DNA of 64,000 bases from Ruditapes philippinarum (taxonomy: Eukaryota), in NCBI RefSeq assembly GCF_026571515.1, contig NW_026865023.1, forward strand, positions 62,001-126,000, written 5' to 3'. This document shows positions 51,268 to 63,077 of the stretch, piece by piece. The notes under the pieces are model-generated. The model saw only the letters and a program-made list of their open reading frames with translations. It had not been told where the DNA came from and ran no database searches. The translations under genes were made by a program, and so were the position numbers. Every line of letters begins with the position of its first letter. Within the stretch, counting starts at the first letter, position 1.

Positions 51268-51493
51268 TTATATATCAATAAATTTCAATGATCCATCAAG
51301 GAAATCAGTTTGTAAATCCTCAACATCATAAGATTCATCTTCACCATCATATAAAAGTTGATACACAGCATGTGGGTTACCGTCTTTCCCTTTGGTTACT
51401 GAAAGTACTGATCCAGTATACCACTTTAATGAGCCGTCATCTAACTTCCACTGATGATTTATTCTCCTTCCAACAAATTTCTGTTTCCTGATC
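51268..51493 (-). CDS. Kolobok transposase last coding exon: Spindlin (Spin/Ssty)-like Tudor domain (predicted)
   Basis: Manual translation gives IRKQKFVGRRINHQWKLDDGSLKWYTGSVLSVTKGKDGNPHAVYQLLYDGEDESYDVEDLQTDFLDGSLKFIDI*. Acceptor TTGACAG|G is phase 2, matching the previous exon. Confidence 0.7.
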
Positions 51494-51704
51494 CTGTCAA
51501 TTCATTTTGATGTCATATTATTTCAAGGAGAAATACTTATAATATTGCAAATAAAGCACTGATATATTTAAAATCTGTTTTGTTCCAGGTTTTGAATATA
51601 AATTGACTTAAGTGCAACGTCATATACTATAAATAAAAACTAATACATATCAGATGATTATATTCTGATAAACCAATAGTGAAATTTATAAAATATAATT
51701 TTCA

Positions 51705-52150
51705 CTGTAGCCGGATTATATCTGAATGCGGATGAAAAAAAAATCAAAACTGAATGGAATAACAGGCAAAAATAAATGCCGTCATGCGTAAATTTTGCTT
51801 CTTTCGGAAAGAAAGTCAATGTCACCATACATTATGTAAAAATAAAACAAAATTAGAGAAATTTAACAGAACTATATTTCAAACTTGTTGATGTGATGTC
51901 ATGATGTGATGACGTCACGAAGAAGAATGCGCGACGTTACGCAGCAAAATCAGTAAAAATTACTTAAAATCACTTAAAACGCAGGAAATAAAAACAAAAT
52001 TTATTTGTTTTACATATAAGATTGAAATATATTTCATTCGTGAACACCAGCTATTATATTTTCACTCGTGGCTACGCCACTCGTAAAAATATTGCATCTG
52101 GTGTTCACTCAGTGAAATTATATTTCAATCTTACATGCAAAACAAACAAA
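51705..52150. mobile_element. Non-autonomous repeat in the Kolobok intron (family of 12650-13240)
   Basis: Shares blocks with 12650-13240. Hairpin TATTTTCAC-TCGTGGCTACGCCACTC-GTAAAAATA. Confidence 0.65.
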
Positions 52151-52204
52151 TATCCTCTATATATTGCATTTATTTCTATATGCACAAAATAATTTCAGGG
52201 CATA

Positions 52205-52830
52205 TCATATTACACCCCATGGCATCCGTCCATCCATCACTCCTTATGCAATTTGGTTTCCGGAGCATAACGTAACTTCCATTTCACCCACAGTATTCAA
52301 AGTTCATAGGATGATTGTCCATTTTAGGGTATAAGACCCCTTTTGATTTTGGGGTCACAAGGTCAATGTCACAATTACCTTGAAACTGAAGACAGGTTCA
52401 CCGGAATAAATGCAGTATTAATCAACCTACAGCTGTAAAATTTTATATGAAAGATGAACAGCCATGTCCAATACATGACCCCTATTCACTGCTATTGATT
52501 TCAGGGTCAAAAGGTCAAAGGTCTGTGTCAAAATGACCTTTACATTGAAAATTGTGCTTTCTTGAGCATAACTTAAGTTCCATTTGGCCCACATTGTTCA
52601 AACTTCACAGAATGATTGCCATTGAATAAAAGATCCATAAATATATTGGGTTCACCATGTGAAAGGTCAATATCAAAATACCTAAATATTGTTAAAAGTT
52701 TTACAACTATCAAACTTCATAGGATGATCACTTATATTGAGTACATTCATTTTATGCCCTTAAGAATTGGCATAAATTATGTAATACCCCTGGCATCTTT
52801 CTGTTCATCAGTCATAGCACTTTTACTTAC
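52205..52830 (+). mobile_element. Degenerate HINE-like repeat in the Kolobok intron
   Basis: (TCCA/TCCG) microsatellite remnant and degenerate GACCCC...GATTTTGGGGTCA...AGGTCA units resembling 35372-36778. Confidence 0.55.
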
Positions 52831-53137
52831 AAGATAAAAAAATTAATTATGGTGCTTTGGAAACAGCAACTGTATATATATGAAACTTCTTCATCTATAA
52901 AGAAGGATTGCTTTTTGAAGGAGGTAATACTTTATTCAATTCCCATGCCTTACAAATGCTTCATCATAAACTAAAAAAAAAATTGGGCCATATAATCCTC
53001 TACCTAGAGGTGCTCTTGTTTCCAGTAGTCAAAAAAGCAATCCATTTCATAAATAAATTTTCAAAACTGCCAATCAACAAAAAGTGTTTTCCAACCAATT
53101 TAAAGTTAATACCATAGTGAAATAATTATTTATTTAC

Positions 53138-53265
53138 CTTTTACTCTGGGAACAAGATGGAGGTATATCACTGGATGATGTTGATGGTTCATTTGCAACT
53201 GAACATTTGTCGGGTTGAACTGCTTTAATGGTAGGCCTTTTCTTCAACAAAATATCTTCTTGATG
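53138..53265 (-). CDS. Kolobok transposase linker exon (predicted)
   Basis: Acceptor TATTACAG, phase 0 matching the main-exon donor. Encodes HQEDILLKKRPT...SCSQSK and ends AG|GTAAAT (phase 2). Confidence 0.65.
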
Positions 53266-53573
53266 CTGTAATAATATGATAAAATATATTTTAAATGGTT
53301 TTGCCAAATTGATGTAAACAAACTCATTAAGATAATGTATATTAAATATAATACCTAATATTAAAAAGAATAACCATCTATCATATGTAGCTGCATAAGT
53401 TTTGTAACAAATGTACAAACCTGGTGCAGGGTATTTGACAAAATCAATAATAAACCCTTTGAATAATAATTTATTGATTTCTTCAATAAATTAATATAAA
53501 TTGTAATTTTATACAGTAATGAAAACAATTGTTAAACGTGCTTGTTGACTTGTGTGAATTTTTTCAACCTTTT

Positions 53574-56318
53574 CTAACAACTTACCCATGGTAAAGAAGG
53601 TTTTCTAATCCCGGAAACAGTTCCATGTCTAGGAACAGCTAATTCTGGTAGCATATGAGAAAAGTAAAAATCTTTTAATTTTGGAACCATTTTTCTTTCC
53701 CATAAATCTTTGTCTTTAAATATTCTTTCAATAAATATATCATTAGGGTTTATCCTTCTCACTACTAAGTCACACCAATCATAATCTAAAATATTAAGTT
53801 GTCCCTGAATTTGGTAGAAATATTTATGATTTCTTTTTAAACATATTTTTCCATTTTCCATTTTCAAGCAGAAGTTTTTATCACTTTCAGCAGCTTCATG
53901 TATTAATTTCTTACTGTTGTTAAGGAGTGTTTTTATCTCTATTAGCCCATTTGGTCCTTCTTCACATATAACAATTCCATCACTTGATGAAGCTAAGTAA
54001 GGCCTTTCTTTATCTACTACAAGTCCAGGAATCTGTATAGTTTTTACAGTGTTGACACTTTTATTTTTTATGTTCTTGTACTCAATCCTTGCATTTTCTT
54101 CCTCGTTCTGCCCTCGGATTGTATAAATGTTTCCTTTAAATTTGGAATATAACAGCCGTTTTATGATGTTAGAAGAATTATTATTTAGTGATCTACTCAT
54201 TACATCTCCAAATATTGAGCTGGTTAATCTTTTCTTCCTTTCATCATGCCATAAATCATTAGATGATTGTCCCCGAGTTTTTTTTTCTATTTCATCTATT
54301 TTCACATTCATAATCTCTGTCTTAAAATAATTTTCACATTCCAATTCTAAATTTTCTTTACTAATATCATCTGTGTCTATTAACACCTCTTCTCCATAAT
54401 CAGCTTTTCCTTTCTTTCTCAAAATTGAGGATTCTTCCCTCTTTCTTTTTCTTCTTAAGATGTTTTCTTTCTTTTTTGAGGATTTAATAGCATTTAAACG
54501 TTTGTTGACTCTATATTTATATGTGTTAATGAATATTTTGTCGGGTCTTTTTTCAAAAATTTGTTGAAAAGCTATGGGTGACCAAGCTGGCCCAAGTATT
54601 GATCTTAATGCAGCTCCATAGCATCTTGCATAAAATGACCCTTTAAAACACTTATTGTACATTTTTCCTCCATCAAATTTACATCGCACATTCATCCATG
54701 CTTCTGCTAAATTGCTTGTGAAATTACAGATTAATCTGTTACTTTTTTCTGCTAAACGATTCAAAAATATATACACATCTTTTAAAAGAGAATGTGTGAT
54801 GGAATCAATTTTTGTTGGGAAACAACCTCCTTTTCTTAAACTTTCTGTTTCTTCTTTTGTAAGGTTCTGCATGCTGTCTCTCCAATAATCACTTTGGCAA
54901 ATAATTACATCTCCAGAGTCATTTTGGAGTTCTTCAAAATCATCATTTTGGAGAACAGGTGGTAAATCATCTTTTTTATGTTTACAAAAATCAGTTGAAC
55001 ACATATCGTGATGACCTAAAACATGTCTTCCAGCATTTCTTATGTCTTGCCTCAATTTCTTAATTGCTTCATTTTTGTTTTCTTCTTTGCTTCGCATAAT
55101 TATAGCGCATCGTACCCCGGCTGTTATCCTTCTTATGTTGTTTTTGGTGAGTCTACCTTTGCCCTTATAATGAGTTTTTTCCGATACAAGCTTCTCTAAG
55201 TTTGAGCGTAAACATTTTGTGGCATGATTGGCACATTCTATTTTTTGAACATGCGGACCCCAAATTGGAATATTTTTGATAATCGTAGCATATACAGAGC
55301 TGTCACCATCTGCAATCATCTGCATATATCTTAAACCGTACTTCTTTTCACATTCTCTGAAACCTTCCAATATTATGTCACTTTCCATCGATTGTGACGA
55401 TTGTTCCCAATTTTTGAAACATTCATGTTTTACGGGTTCCTGGTTTTTAGTTGCTGCCCGACTACAAATATAACATAGTTTATTTCGTATTCCAATATGA
55501 AGCAATTTTTTGGTCTTCAATCCAAAGATTACACCTACACCACCCATTGCATTATACGTATGCTTATGACTTCTTTTCGACCAGCCACCATCACAGACAA
55601 CAGCTATTGCTGGTACACCCTGAAAATATTCATCATTTTCAATGGCAATTCTCTTCTCTTCCTCTCCAGCTTGTTTCATTTCATCCTGAAGAACATCATT
55701 CCATAATTTTCCAATTTGACCCTCAATTTTAGAGTAAGTCCTCTCATTAATGCCTGGAATGCCCATTGTTCCCATTGACTCATTCAAGGATGAGCACCCA
55801 CCACCAGTCACCATATTTCCCCAAACACATCTCAAATTAATTTCCTGTATGTTTTCATTTCCTATTTTATCACTATTATCAATATTAAATTTTTCACCAC
55901 ATCCACAGCAAATGATAGTCAGAATGAAATAAAATCCGTGCTGTTTCTCAGAATGTAAAGAAACAACATTTTCTCCCTTAGCTGCCTTAGCCCTAGCAGA
56001 ATCACACAATGCTGTGTGTGTTGTGATATCCATGACATGCTGCTGAAATTTTTTAATGTTAACTATTCTATTTCCTTCAAAGTTTGGTTTCACTGAATGT
56101 AAATACATCTTATGACTTTCCTTGTCATTTATCAGTCTATACTTTTGACTAATTTTTGATGCTATTTGGCATACAGATATTTTCAAACTATTACTCTTTT
56201 TCACAACTGAAAATGATTCACAATTTAAGTTCTTCAATGTGTCTAGTCTTTTCTCAATTAGTTTCTGTTTCTTCCACTTTTTCAACTTTTCTACATTTAT
56301 ATAAAATTGTATCAGCAA
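53574..56318 (-). CDS. DDE transposase fused to a YqaJ/lambda-exonuclease (PD-(D/E)XK) domain; main exon
   Basis: Uninterrupted 914-codon frame. Transposase motifs VCDGGWSKRS, CYIC...HECFKNW, ADGDSS, ECANH and NLAE. YqaJ motifs WHDERKKRLTSS, LASSSDG, IEIK and YQIQGQL. Donor TGG|GTAAGT at 53586. The true start codon is uncertain. Confidence 0.9.
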   Translation of the reverse strand: MLIQFYINVEKLKKWKKQKLIEKRLDTLKNLNCESFSVVKKSNSLKISVCQIASKISQKYRLINDKESHKMYLHSVKPNFEGNRIVNIKKFQQHVMDITTHTALCDSARAKAAKGENVVSLHSEKQHGFYFILTIICCGCGEKFNIDNSDKIGNENIQEINLRCVWGNMVTGGGCSSLNESMGTMGIPGINERTYSKIEGQIGKLWNDVLQDEMKQAGEEEKRIAIENDEYFQGVPAIAVVCDGGWSKRSHKHTYNAMGGVGVIFGLKTKKLLHIGIRNKLCYICSRAATKNQEPVKHECFKNWEQSSQSMESDIILEGFRECEKKYGLRYMQMIADGDSSVYATIIKNIPIWGPHVQKIECANHATKCLRSNLEKLVSEKTHYKGKGRLTKNNIRRITAGVRCAIIMRSKEENKNEAIKKLRQDIRNAGRHVLGHHDMCSTDFCKHKKDDLPPVLQNDDFEELQNDSGDVIICQSDYWRDSMQNLTKEETESLRKGGCFPTKIDSITHSLLKDVYIFLNRLAEKSNRLICNFTSNLAEAWMNVRCKFDGGKMYNKCFKGSFYARCYGAALRSILGPAWSPIAFQQIFEKRPDKIFINTYKYRVNKRLNAIKSSKKKENILRRKRKREESSILRKKGKADYGEEVLIDTDDISKENLELECENYFKTEIMNVKIDEIEKKTRGQSSNDLWHDERKKRLTSSIFGDVMSRSLNNNSSNIIKRLLYSKFKGNIYTIRGQNEEENARIEYKNIKNKSVNTVKTIQIPGLVVDKERPYLASSSDGIVICEEGPNGLIEIKTLLNNSKKLIHEAAESDKNFCLKMENGKICLKRNHKYFYQIQGQLNILDYDWCDLVVRRINPNDIFIERIFKDKDLWERKMVPKLKDFYFSHMLPELAVPRHGTVSGIRKPSLPWVSC

Positions 56319-56887
56319 TAAGTATCATTTGCCATAATTTTATTCAATATTTTTTCATTTAACTTCCTCATAACAGGTTTTAGATTTGATTGAATGATAT
56401 TTTATTTTATTATATACTTATAATGGAATTGTAATAAATACTGATAAAATAAAATGTTTAATTTTCATTTTATACATTTTCATTTTAAAAATTATATTTT
56501 TCAATAAATTGAACAAAATTTTATGTATTTTCATTGGTGTCTTGTCACAATGACTTCTACTTCTTACATAAATGAGCTGGGTCACTTTAACAAGAAATAT
56601 ATGCAAAGATATTTAAGAAATATACTTTGAAATAAATTGAGAATTGTGTTTTTATGCTATTATCATTCCGATTTTACTGAAAAACGTTTAAACGCTTTTT
56701 AATTTGGGTCATTTGTTTACTATTTGAATAATAATTTTGGAAGTGCTAGAATAATCTGAAATTTGGCCCAAAGATTAGTGGTGTAAACCTAAATCAATTT
56801 GTGCATTTATCTGTAAAAAATATTTTCAGTCCCGTAATATAAAAAAAAAACCTCAGTGGAGTCCCTTTAACTTTTAAAGAAATATTA

Positions 56888-57544
56888 GGCCAAATAAAAA
56901 AATATGTCTGGTTCAGGAAACATTTAGGAGGGTAGGGATTTGTTTTGTTTTTTGTTTTTTTTTAATAGTCTTATTTTCCATTTTGAGATGTGTTGCTTGC
57001 TTAAACAGAGATTGTAAACAATCAATGCCAACACCATTTTGTAAGTTCCACCAGCAGTGTCAATGAATGGTATTGTTAAAGAAATATATTAAAATGATCA
57101 CTGTCAACAAGTTAAGAATGACACTAGCAAACAGTTTAGCATCTTTTCACTTGAAGCAGCTCTCGTAAATGAATCACTTTTATCAAACAAATGCCCTAAA
57201 ACATGTTACTTTACCTTCCAAAATGTTGCCCCTTGGATGGCCGTTGACATCTCACACTTCACATCGTATAATACTTATAATTTTTTTTGAGATTGGCCAA
57301 ACATTATTTAAGTTGACTAAAACAATTCATGTACTTAAAAGTTTATTAATTAACTCATATCAAATATTTGAAACAATGAACAGCAAAATTCATTGCTTCT
57401 TCATATTCCCAAATATTGAAGTTTATAAACTTTTTGTAACCAAAAAATTATGTATTGAAAATATAAAAAAAATAGTTTAGGGTAGGTGGTAAAAAATAGG
57501 GTATGTCGGGTTCCCTGAACCAGACATATTTTTTATTTTTGGCT
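56888..57544. mobile_element. PIF/Harbinger-like MITE
   Basis: TIR GGCCAAATAAAAAAATATGTCTGGTTCAGG / CCTGAACCAGACATATTTTTTATTTTTGGC with TTA/TAA flanks. Confidence 0.65.
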
Positions 57545-57591
57545 AATATCAAAGTTTCACTTCTACATAAGTTCTGCTATATATATATATA

Positions 57592-58251
57592 CAGTAGAAC
57601 TTTGGTAAGTCGAAGTTGGAGGGACTTGCGTAAAAACTTCGACACATCGGGACTTCGACTCATGAATCGATCTGAATTTCATGACAAAATTTCAACCCGT
57701 GACTAGCCCTAATTATAAGATCTATAACGTAACCTGTTTCATGTTTTTCTTTCATTCATTAATCTTATTTTCATTTTAAAAAGTTTGCTGTTAAAATTTA
57801 AAATATTTGGGGCCCCCTTTGAAGTATACAAAGAAGTTTAAAAAAAAAATACGAAAAGGGAAAAACTAAACCCGTTTAATTTTTGGTTGAAAAGCAACCC
57901 GGGGAAAGGAATACACAAAAATCTTAAAAGTTTTCTTCCTTTTTTAAAACCCCTCCATTAAAACAAAATTAAGATTTTTACTAATTTAAAATAAAATTTT
58001 GAAAGGGTTTTTTAAACATTATAAAATTGACAAAACCTTTTGGGCAAAAAAATTAAATTCTCAATCAAAGTGAAAATAAAAGAAATTCATTTTGTTGTAA
58101 ATTTATAGTTTAAATTTTTAAAACCAAAAAAATTTGACCTGAAAAAAAATAAAAAAATTGTCTAAATAGCTTTTTAAAAAATAATGGGAAAAAAGGGGGC
58201 TATATTTTTTCGCAATTTAAAAATCACTAATAAATTCGCTATAATTTACTG
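57592..58251. mobile_element. Tc1/pogo-like MITE remnant (TA|CAGT ends)
   Basis: TA|CAGTAGAAC at the left end and TTTACTG|TA at the right. The interior looks low quality. Confidence 0.4.
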
Positions 58252-60292
58252 TATATATATTTGAATGGCTGGATGATACAGTAAATTCTTATGTAAGATG
58301 TTACTTTGACATGAAACATTTTAACTATTTAATCGTTCATTGGTGTATCGCAAAGCAGTTTGCGTATTGCTCCTCTGTATGTTGAAACGTATGTTATTGT
58401 CTGTACCCTGACAATACACAGTCATATTCATATTACTAGTCTATTATATTATAGGCACATACAAGCAAATGTGTATTTTAAAAATATTTTAAAATAAGCA
58501 AATGATACTAATTGCTGACCAGCACGAGAGTATCTCAAACAATATTTGTTGAACTTTCTATTGTGCTGACCAGGCCTATTTCTCCGATAAGCCATGTTGA
58601 ATGTTTTAATTTCACAATTACACAGTAATATAAATATTAAATATCACAAATTATCCAAAATAATGTCACAAAACAGTTGAAACAAATCACTATAACACAG
58701 GCACAAAAGCTAAATTAAACACTCGTTATAAAATGATGTTTTGGTCACTGTAGCACACCATATGACATGTGGTTTCATTCATGAATTCACACTTCAACAT
58801 GCATGTTATTATTTATTTTTCTTAATAGAACAATTTTACATAAATAACATATAACAATAATTAAATTTATATATTTACCTATACTTTTCATTCATAACTT
58901 AATGAAAAAAACAATACTTATAATAAGTTATACAATTTACCGTTATATTATGATTTCCATACAAAAATAAACAAACCAACACGTTACATGTCAACACCCA
59001 TGTTTACATATATCTATCAGCAAAAATAGGGCGAATTTACACATGGATGTTTGAGAAAAAGTTAATGTTATAAATATCTGAAAATTGTGCCGGCGATCAC
59101 CAACTGGCTTGTACCTACCATCAACAAAATATAACACGTTCATGTCAGCGTTGAAATGCCGCCATGTTTTAGTAAACAGTGTTGTTTGATTAACTTGCGG
59201 GGTTTTGTTCTGCAAAGTAACCGCTTCTGAAAATGGAAATGAAATTGCGCGTCAATTATATGAAAATAGAATATAAAATCATTATATTACTTTTTCATCA
59301 CTAAACGATTAATAATAATATAATTTTAAGATCTTGTCCTTTACTTTCAAACAATTTTATTATTAAAAAGGTACACCTGCCATGCAATAGGCCCTATGTC
59401 GTTAACTCGATTAAGTATGTTTTTTATAGATAATGTGAGAATCAATAAAACCGGAAATAAACCGCTTTACAGATAAGGATTATAAATACATAAAAAAAAT
59501 CTTTACATTCGGCGTTTTGTGTAACATCTGCTTTGCTAAAAAGAAAATTCAATTTATATTTAATTTAGATTGAAGTAAAAGAAGTTCCTTGAATGTATAA
59601 ATCATAAAGATATTATCTTTATATTTAATACTCAATGTGCGTATTAACATATGAGATTGTGAACAGTCTCCATTTCCTGCCGCAATAGAAAAATGTAAAC
59701 ATTGAAATACTGACAGATACTATTAAACAATTAGAAAGATCAAGCCATTACATCCCAATGAAATGGTAATATTTGATAAGATACATATCAGTGTTAAATG
59801 AAATGCGTCTTTTTATTATATGTTATTGGCTTACATTCGCGAGATTTTGTGTTGAAATGTCTTTTATGCACGGGCATGAAAAAACAAAAATGGCGAAGAT
59901 AAGGTGTGCATTTTCCTCGTGGCTTTCAAATTTATTTCGGTAAATAATGAGAAAATCTCTTTTTAGACTTTTGTCGTCACTTCTTTGGTGTGTATTTAAA
60001 TAATTTACATTCATATTGTGCGTAATATCGTAAAGGTATGTTAGTATTTGGTCTTCGGAATTTAGGCATATTTTATTATATTTTTCAATAAACATACCAA
60101 TAGCAAGATACATTTTTTAATGAAAGTAAACTATTTACAACAACATCTTTCTAACTCATTCATTTCACAATGTGTTGGAACTAGGAAGCCTTTCATTTCT
60201 TTGCTTTCATATTTGCATGTTATTTCTCATATGTTATGAAAACTAATGCGGAATCACCTTAAAGTGTTCTAACACCTGAAAAATATACCTAC

Positions 60293-60396
60293 CCTTTTTC
60301 AAGTTCACGATTGTTCACGAAAGCAGAGAGTTGGTCGTGACATCTAGAGGGCTCTGGCTGTACTGGGTTCCCTTGTACACCTTCTACTGCTCTGTT
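60293..60396 (-). CDS. Helentron RepHel coding exon 2 (predicted)
   Basis: GT-AG bounded, 104 nt, encoding NRAVEG...NRELEK plus GG. The phase-2 end joins in frame to the exon starting at 48846. Confidence 0.65.
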
Positions 60397-61151
60397 CTGA
60401 ACAGATTGAAAATGTTTTCTATTAAAATGTCACAAGCTTGAGAAGAAATTCCAAATTCATGAATTTAAGGAATATTAAAAATATTGTTTTAGCATGAGGG
60501 ATCATAATATTAGTCTGACAATATTCAGCCACAAAATGTTTTGTTTTTTTTCAAAAATCATACCCTGATGAAGGCTATTGAATAGCCGAAACGTAGGTCT
60601 TAAATAAAATTATAGAAACCTGACCCACTTTGTTTCGTGTGTTTCACTTTCCTTATTCTTTTTATTAGTTTTTTGTAGAAAGACTATATACAGACTTAAA
60701 TGAATAAATAAGGCAGTAACAACTAAGCATCTGAACAAAGTTTTAAAAAAGATTATTAAAAGAACACGACTGAGATCCAAAAACCAAAAAACATACAATC
60801 TCAATTTCTTACATAGACCAGCAGAGGCACTCAATACAGAAAGATATGCAAAATAATTAAGAAATATTCTCAGAAATAAATTGAAAATTACATTTTTTGT
60901 GCTAGTCTAAGCCAGATTTGAGTGAAAAAAGTTGCAATGCTTTTCAATTTTGGGTAATTTTTAACAATTTAAATAATTATTCTGGAAAAATGAAGTGAGC
61001 AAATGATCTAAAATTTTGCAGACAAGTTATTGATCTATACCTACATCAAACTCAACATTAATCTCGAAAATTATTTTAAGTCCCCTTATGTCAAAAACCA
61101 TCAGTGGAGTCCCTTTAATTATAGCAATGATATATTTGAAAAAGAGGTTAC

Positions 61152-61217
61152 CTGACTTTCCACTAGTCGTGACTGTCTCTTCCTCAGCCTTTCTTTCTCC
61201 TTTTTATTCCTGTTCAT
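61152..61217 (-). CDS. Helentron RepHel coding exon 1 with start codon (predicted)
   Basis: MNRNKKEKERLRKRQSRLVESQ, preceded by an in-frame TAG. Donor CAG|GTAAC, phase 0. Acceptor at 61247. Confidence 0.6.
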
Positions 61218-62423
61218 TTTCTATTTCAGTAGCCTGGCACAGCAACCTAAAATTTTTATTCAAAAATTCAAAAACATTAACATCATTTATAACAGATTGA
61301 CATACAGAACTATATTCCACTAAAACAAATGTGGCAACAGACTCATGGAAGAAAATAATGTCATAAACAGCAAGCTTTCTTTCATTTGAAGTTATGAAGG
61401 TTTTTATAGTAAAATGACTAATGAGAATTTATAAAATTAAACTAGGAGCATAAAACTGTACACAGAAATTCAAGTTAATTCTGTTGAGTAACATCAAATT
61501 TGGTACCAATGATGTGAAGGAATATTAGTAACAGACAAATATGTCATGTCCTGTTGCCACAAATGCAGATAGAGGAGGTTAAGATTAATGGTAAGCAAGG
61601 ATTTGAATAATCATTGTATTATTCTGCTATCACTTATCTATTTTTACTATACATTATAGAATCATATAAAACCAAAACCCTTTTCTCACAAACTCATAAT
61701 TCTGAAAACTTTCTCTTTAGTCCTATGTCCCATAATGGTAATTAACATTTATAAAGCAATTTTCCAATAAGTATTTATCTTGTTACAATGATTAATCATC
61801 AATTTAATTAACTATATTCTTTACACAAAATAAACTATGACAAATAGGAACATCTGAAACAAATATTAATAACAGTACATGTTACTTAATAACATGCAAT
61901 ATGTATTAATTTCAGTTATGTTCTGGTAATTTCCATGTGCTAATATAGAATAGTGTAAAAAAAACCAACAGGTTAATTATGTTGAAAAATTGTTTCTCTT
62001 AGTTGAGAGAGTATTCACAAATTAAATTCCAATCAATCGTGAAATTGTTAATAAGTGTAATAAACAATTAAGAAAATATAATGCAATTTTTAGATATTGT
62101 TGTGCACTGATTAACCTTGATTCAGGTCTATATTAAACATTATTTTCAAAAGAAAGAAAATGTTAAACACAAAGAAGTATACATTGCATATTGTGAAGAA
62201 AACTAACACTTGTTTTACAAACAGTTCAATAGAAGATGATTTGTAAGTCTCATGGGAAAAATGTACATAAACATTGATAAAAATCATATCTATGAAATAT
62301 TGTCTAAATATTAAAAAAAAAAATCAGTTGCATCCCAGTTTTTCACAAAACTTAAGATCATAAAAGAAAGAATGTTGAACACATTGAACAACTGTTTCTC
62401 ATCATGTATCAATAATGTAAATT

Positions 62424-63077
62424 TCAATCTGTTTCGTCGTCCCGAGTGTCAAAAAGTTTCTTTTTGCATTTCTTGGGTTCTGGTAGCTCCAAGTCCTCAT
62501 CAAAGAAGGCAAGATCAAAGTGCTCCAACTTTTGTTGCATCTTTGCTGTTGACTGCAGGAGAAATTTCTCTCTGCTTTGAAGACAATTAACCTTTTGCTG
62601 CAAAGCAGCACTTTTCATGGTTAAGGTCTGAAACTGGTAGCCAATTTGTTGTTGTTTAGATTTATTCAACCTCAAGACCTTCTCAAGTATGTGTGCCACT
62701 TCTCTAGGTTCATTCTTGTTCAGATGATACATAGCTGCCTTTAGGTTTGTTGAATTTTCTTCAAAGTGCTGATCCATTTGAGTAGACAGTTTCTTTACAG
62801 AATCCAACAGCCCAGCTTGGTTTAATGTCATAGTGGATTTAGGTGAACAGGACTGGACTGCCCTGGCATTTGTGTTTGTACTGGTCACAGGAGTAGCTGT
62901 GCAAGGTAATAGTGAACAGACAGTACTGCTTCCAGAAATAGTAGGTCTAGGCGAACAGGACTGGATTGTCCTGGCATTTGTGTCTGTACTGGTCATAGAC
63001 ATAGTTGTACGAGATGAACAGTCACTACTACTTCCAGGACTAGTTTTCTCCTCCACTTCCTTACTACAGTCGAACAT
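62424..63077 (-). CDS. Hypothetical 217-aa protein (Ser/Thr-rich repeat followed by a predicted helical/coiled-coil region)
   Basis: Intact ATG-to-stop ORF. Acceptor CTTTCAG at ~63126. Internal duplication TSTDTNARTIQSCSP / TSTNTNARAVQSCSP. No recognised family. Confidence 0.6.
   Translation of the reverse strand: MFDCSKEVEEKTSPGSSSDCSSRTTMSMTSTDTNARTIQSCSPRPTISGSSTVCSLLPCTATPVTSTNTNARAVQSCSPKSTMTLNQAGLLDSVKKLSTQMDQHFEENSTNLKAAMYHLNKNEPREVAHILEKVLRLNKSKQQQIGYQFQTLTMKSAALQQKVNCLQSREKFLLQSTAKMQQKLEHFDLAFFDEDLELPEPKKCKKKLFDTRDDETD

Larger units (their letters stand above)
49463..60258 (-). mobile_element. Full-length Kolobok-type (KolobokE-like) DNA transposon, 10.8 kb
   Basis: Perfect 14-bp TIR GGTGATTCCGCATT / AATGCGGAATCACC. 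TTAA TSD at 49459-49462 and 60259-60262. Encloses the transposase-exonuclease ORF. Confidence 0.9.

Noticed and set aside
53574-54300. YqaJ domain as evidence of a phage or viral insertion
   Set aside because: It is fused in frame to a DDE transposase within TIRs and a TTAA TSD, so it belongs to the transposon.
57770-58210. Homopolymer-rich segment as a special structure
   Set aside because: Inflated runs of all four bases look like low-quality consensus sequence. Some single-base frameshifts elsewhere (e.g. ~47972 and ~45250) could likewise be sequencing errors.
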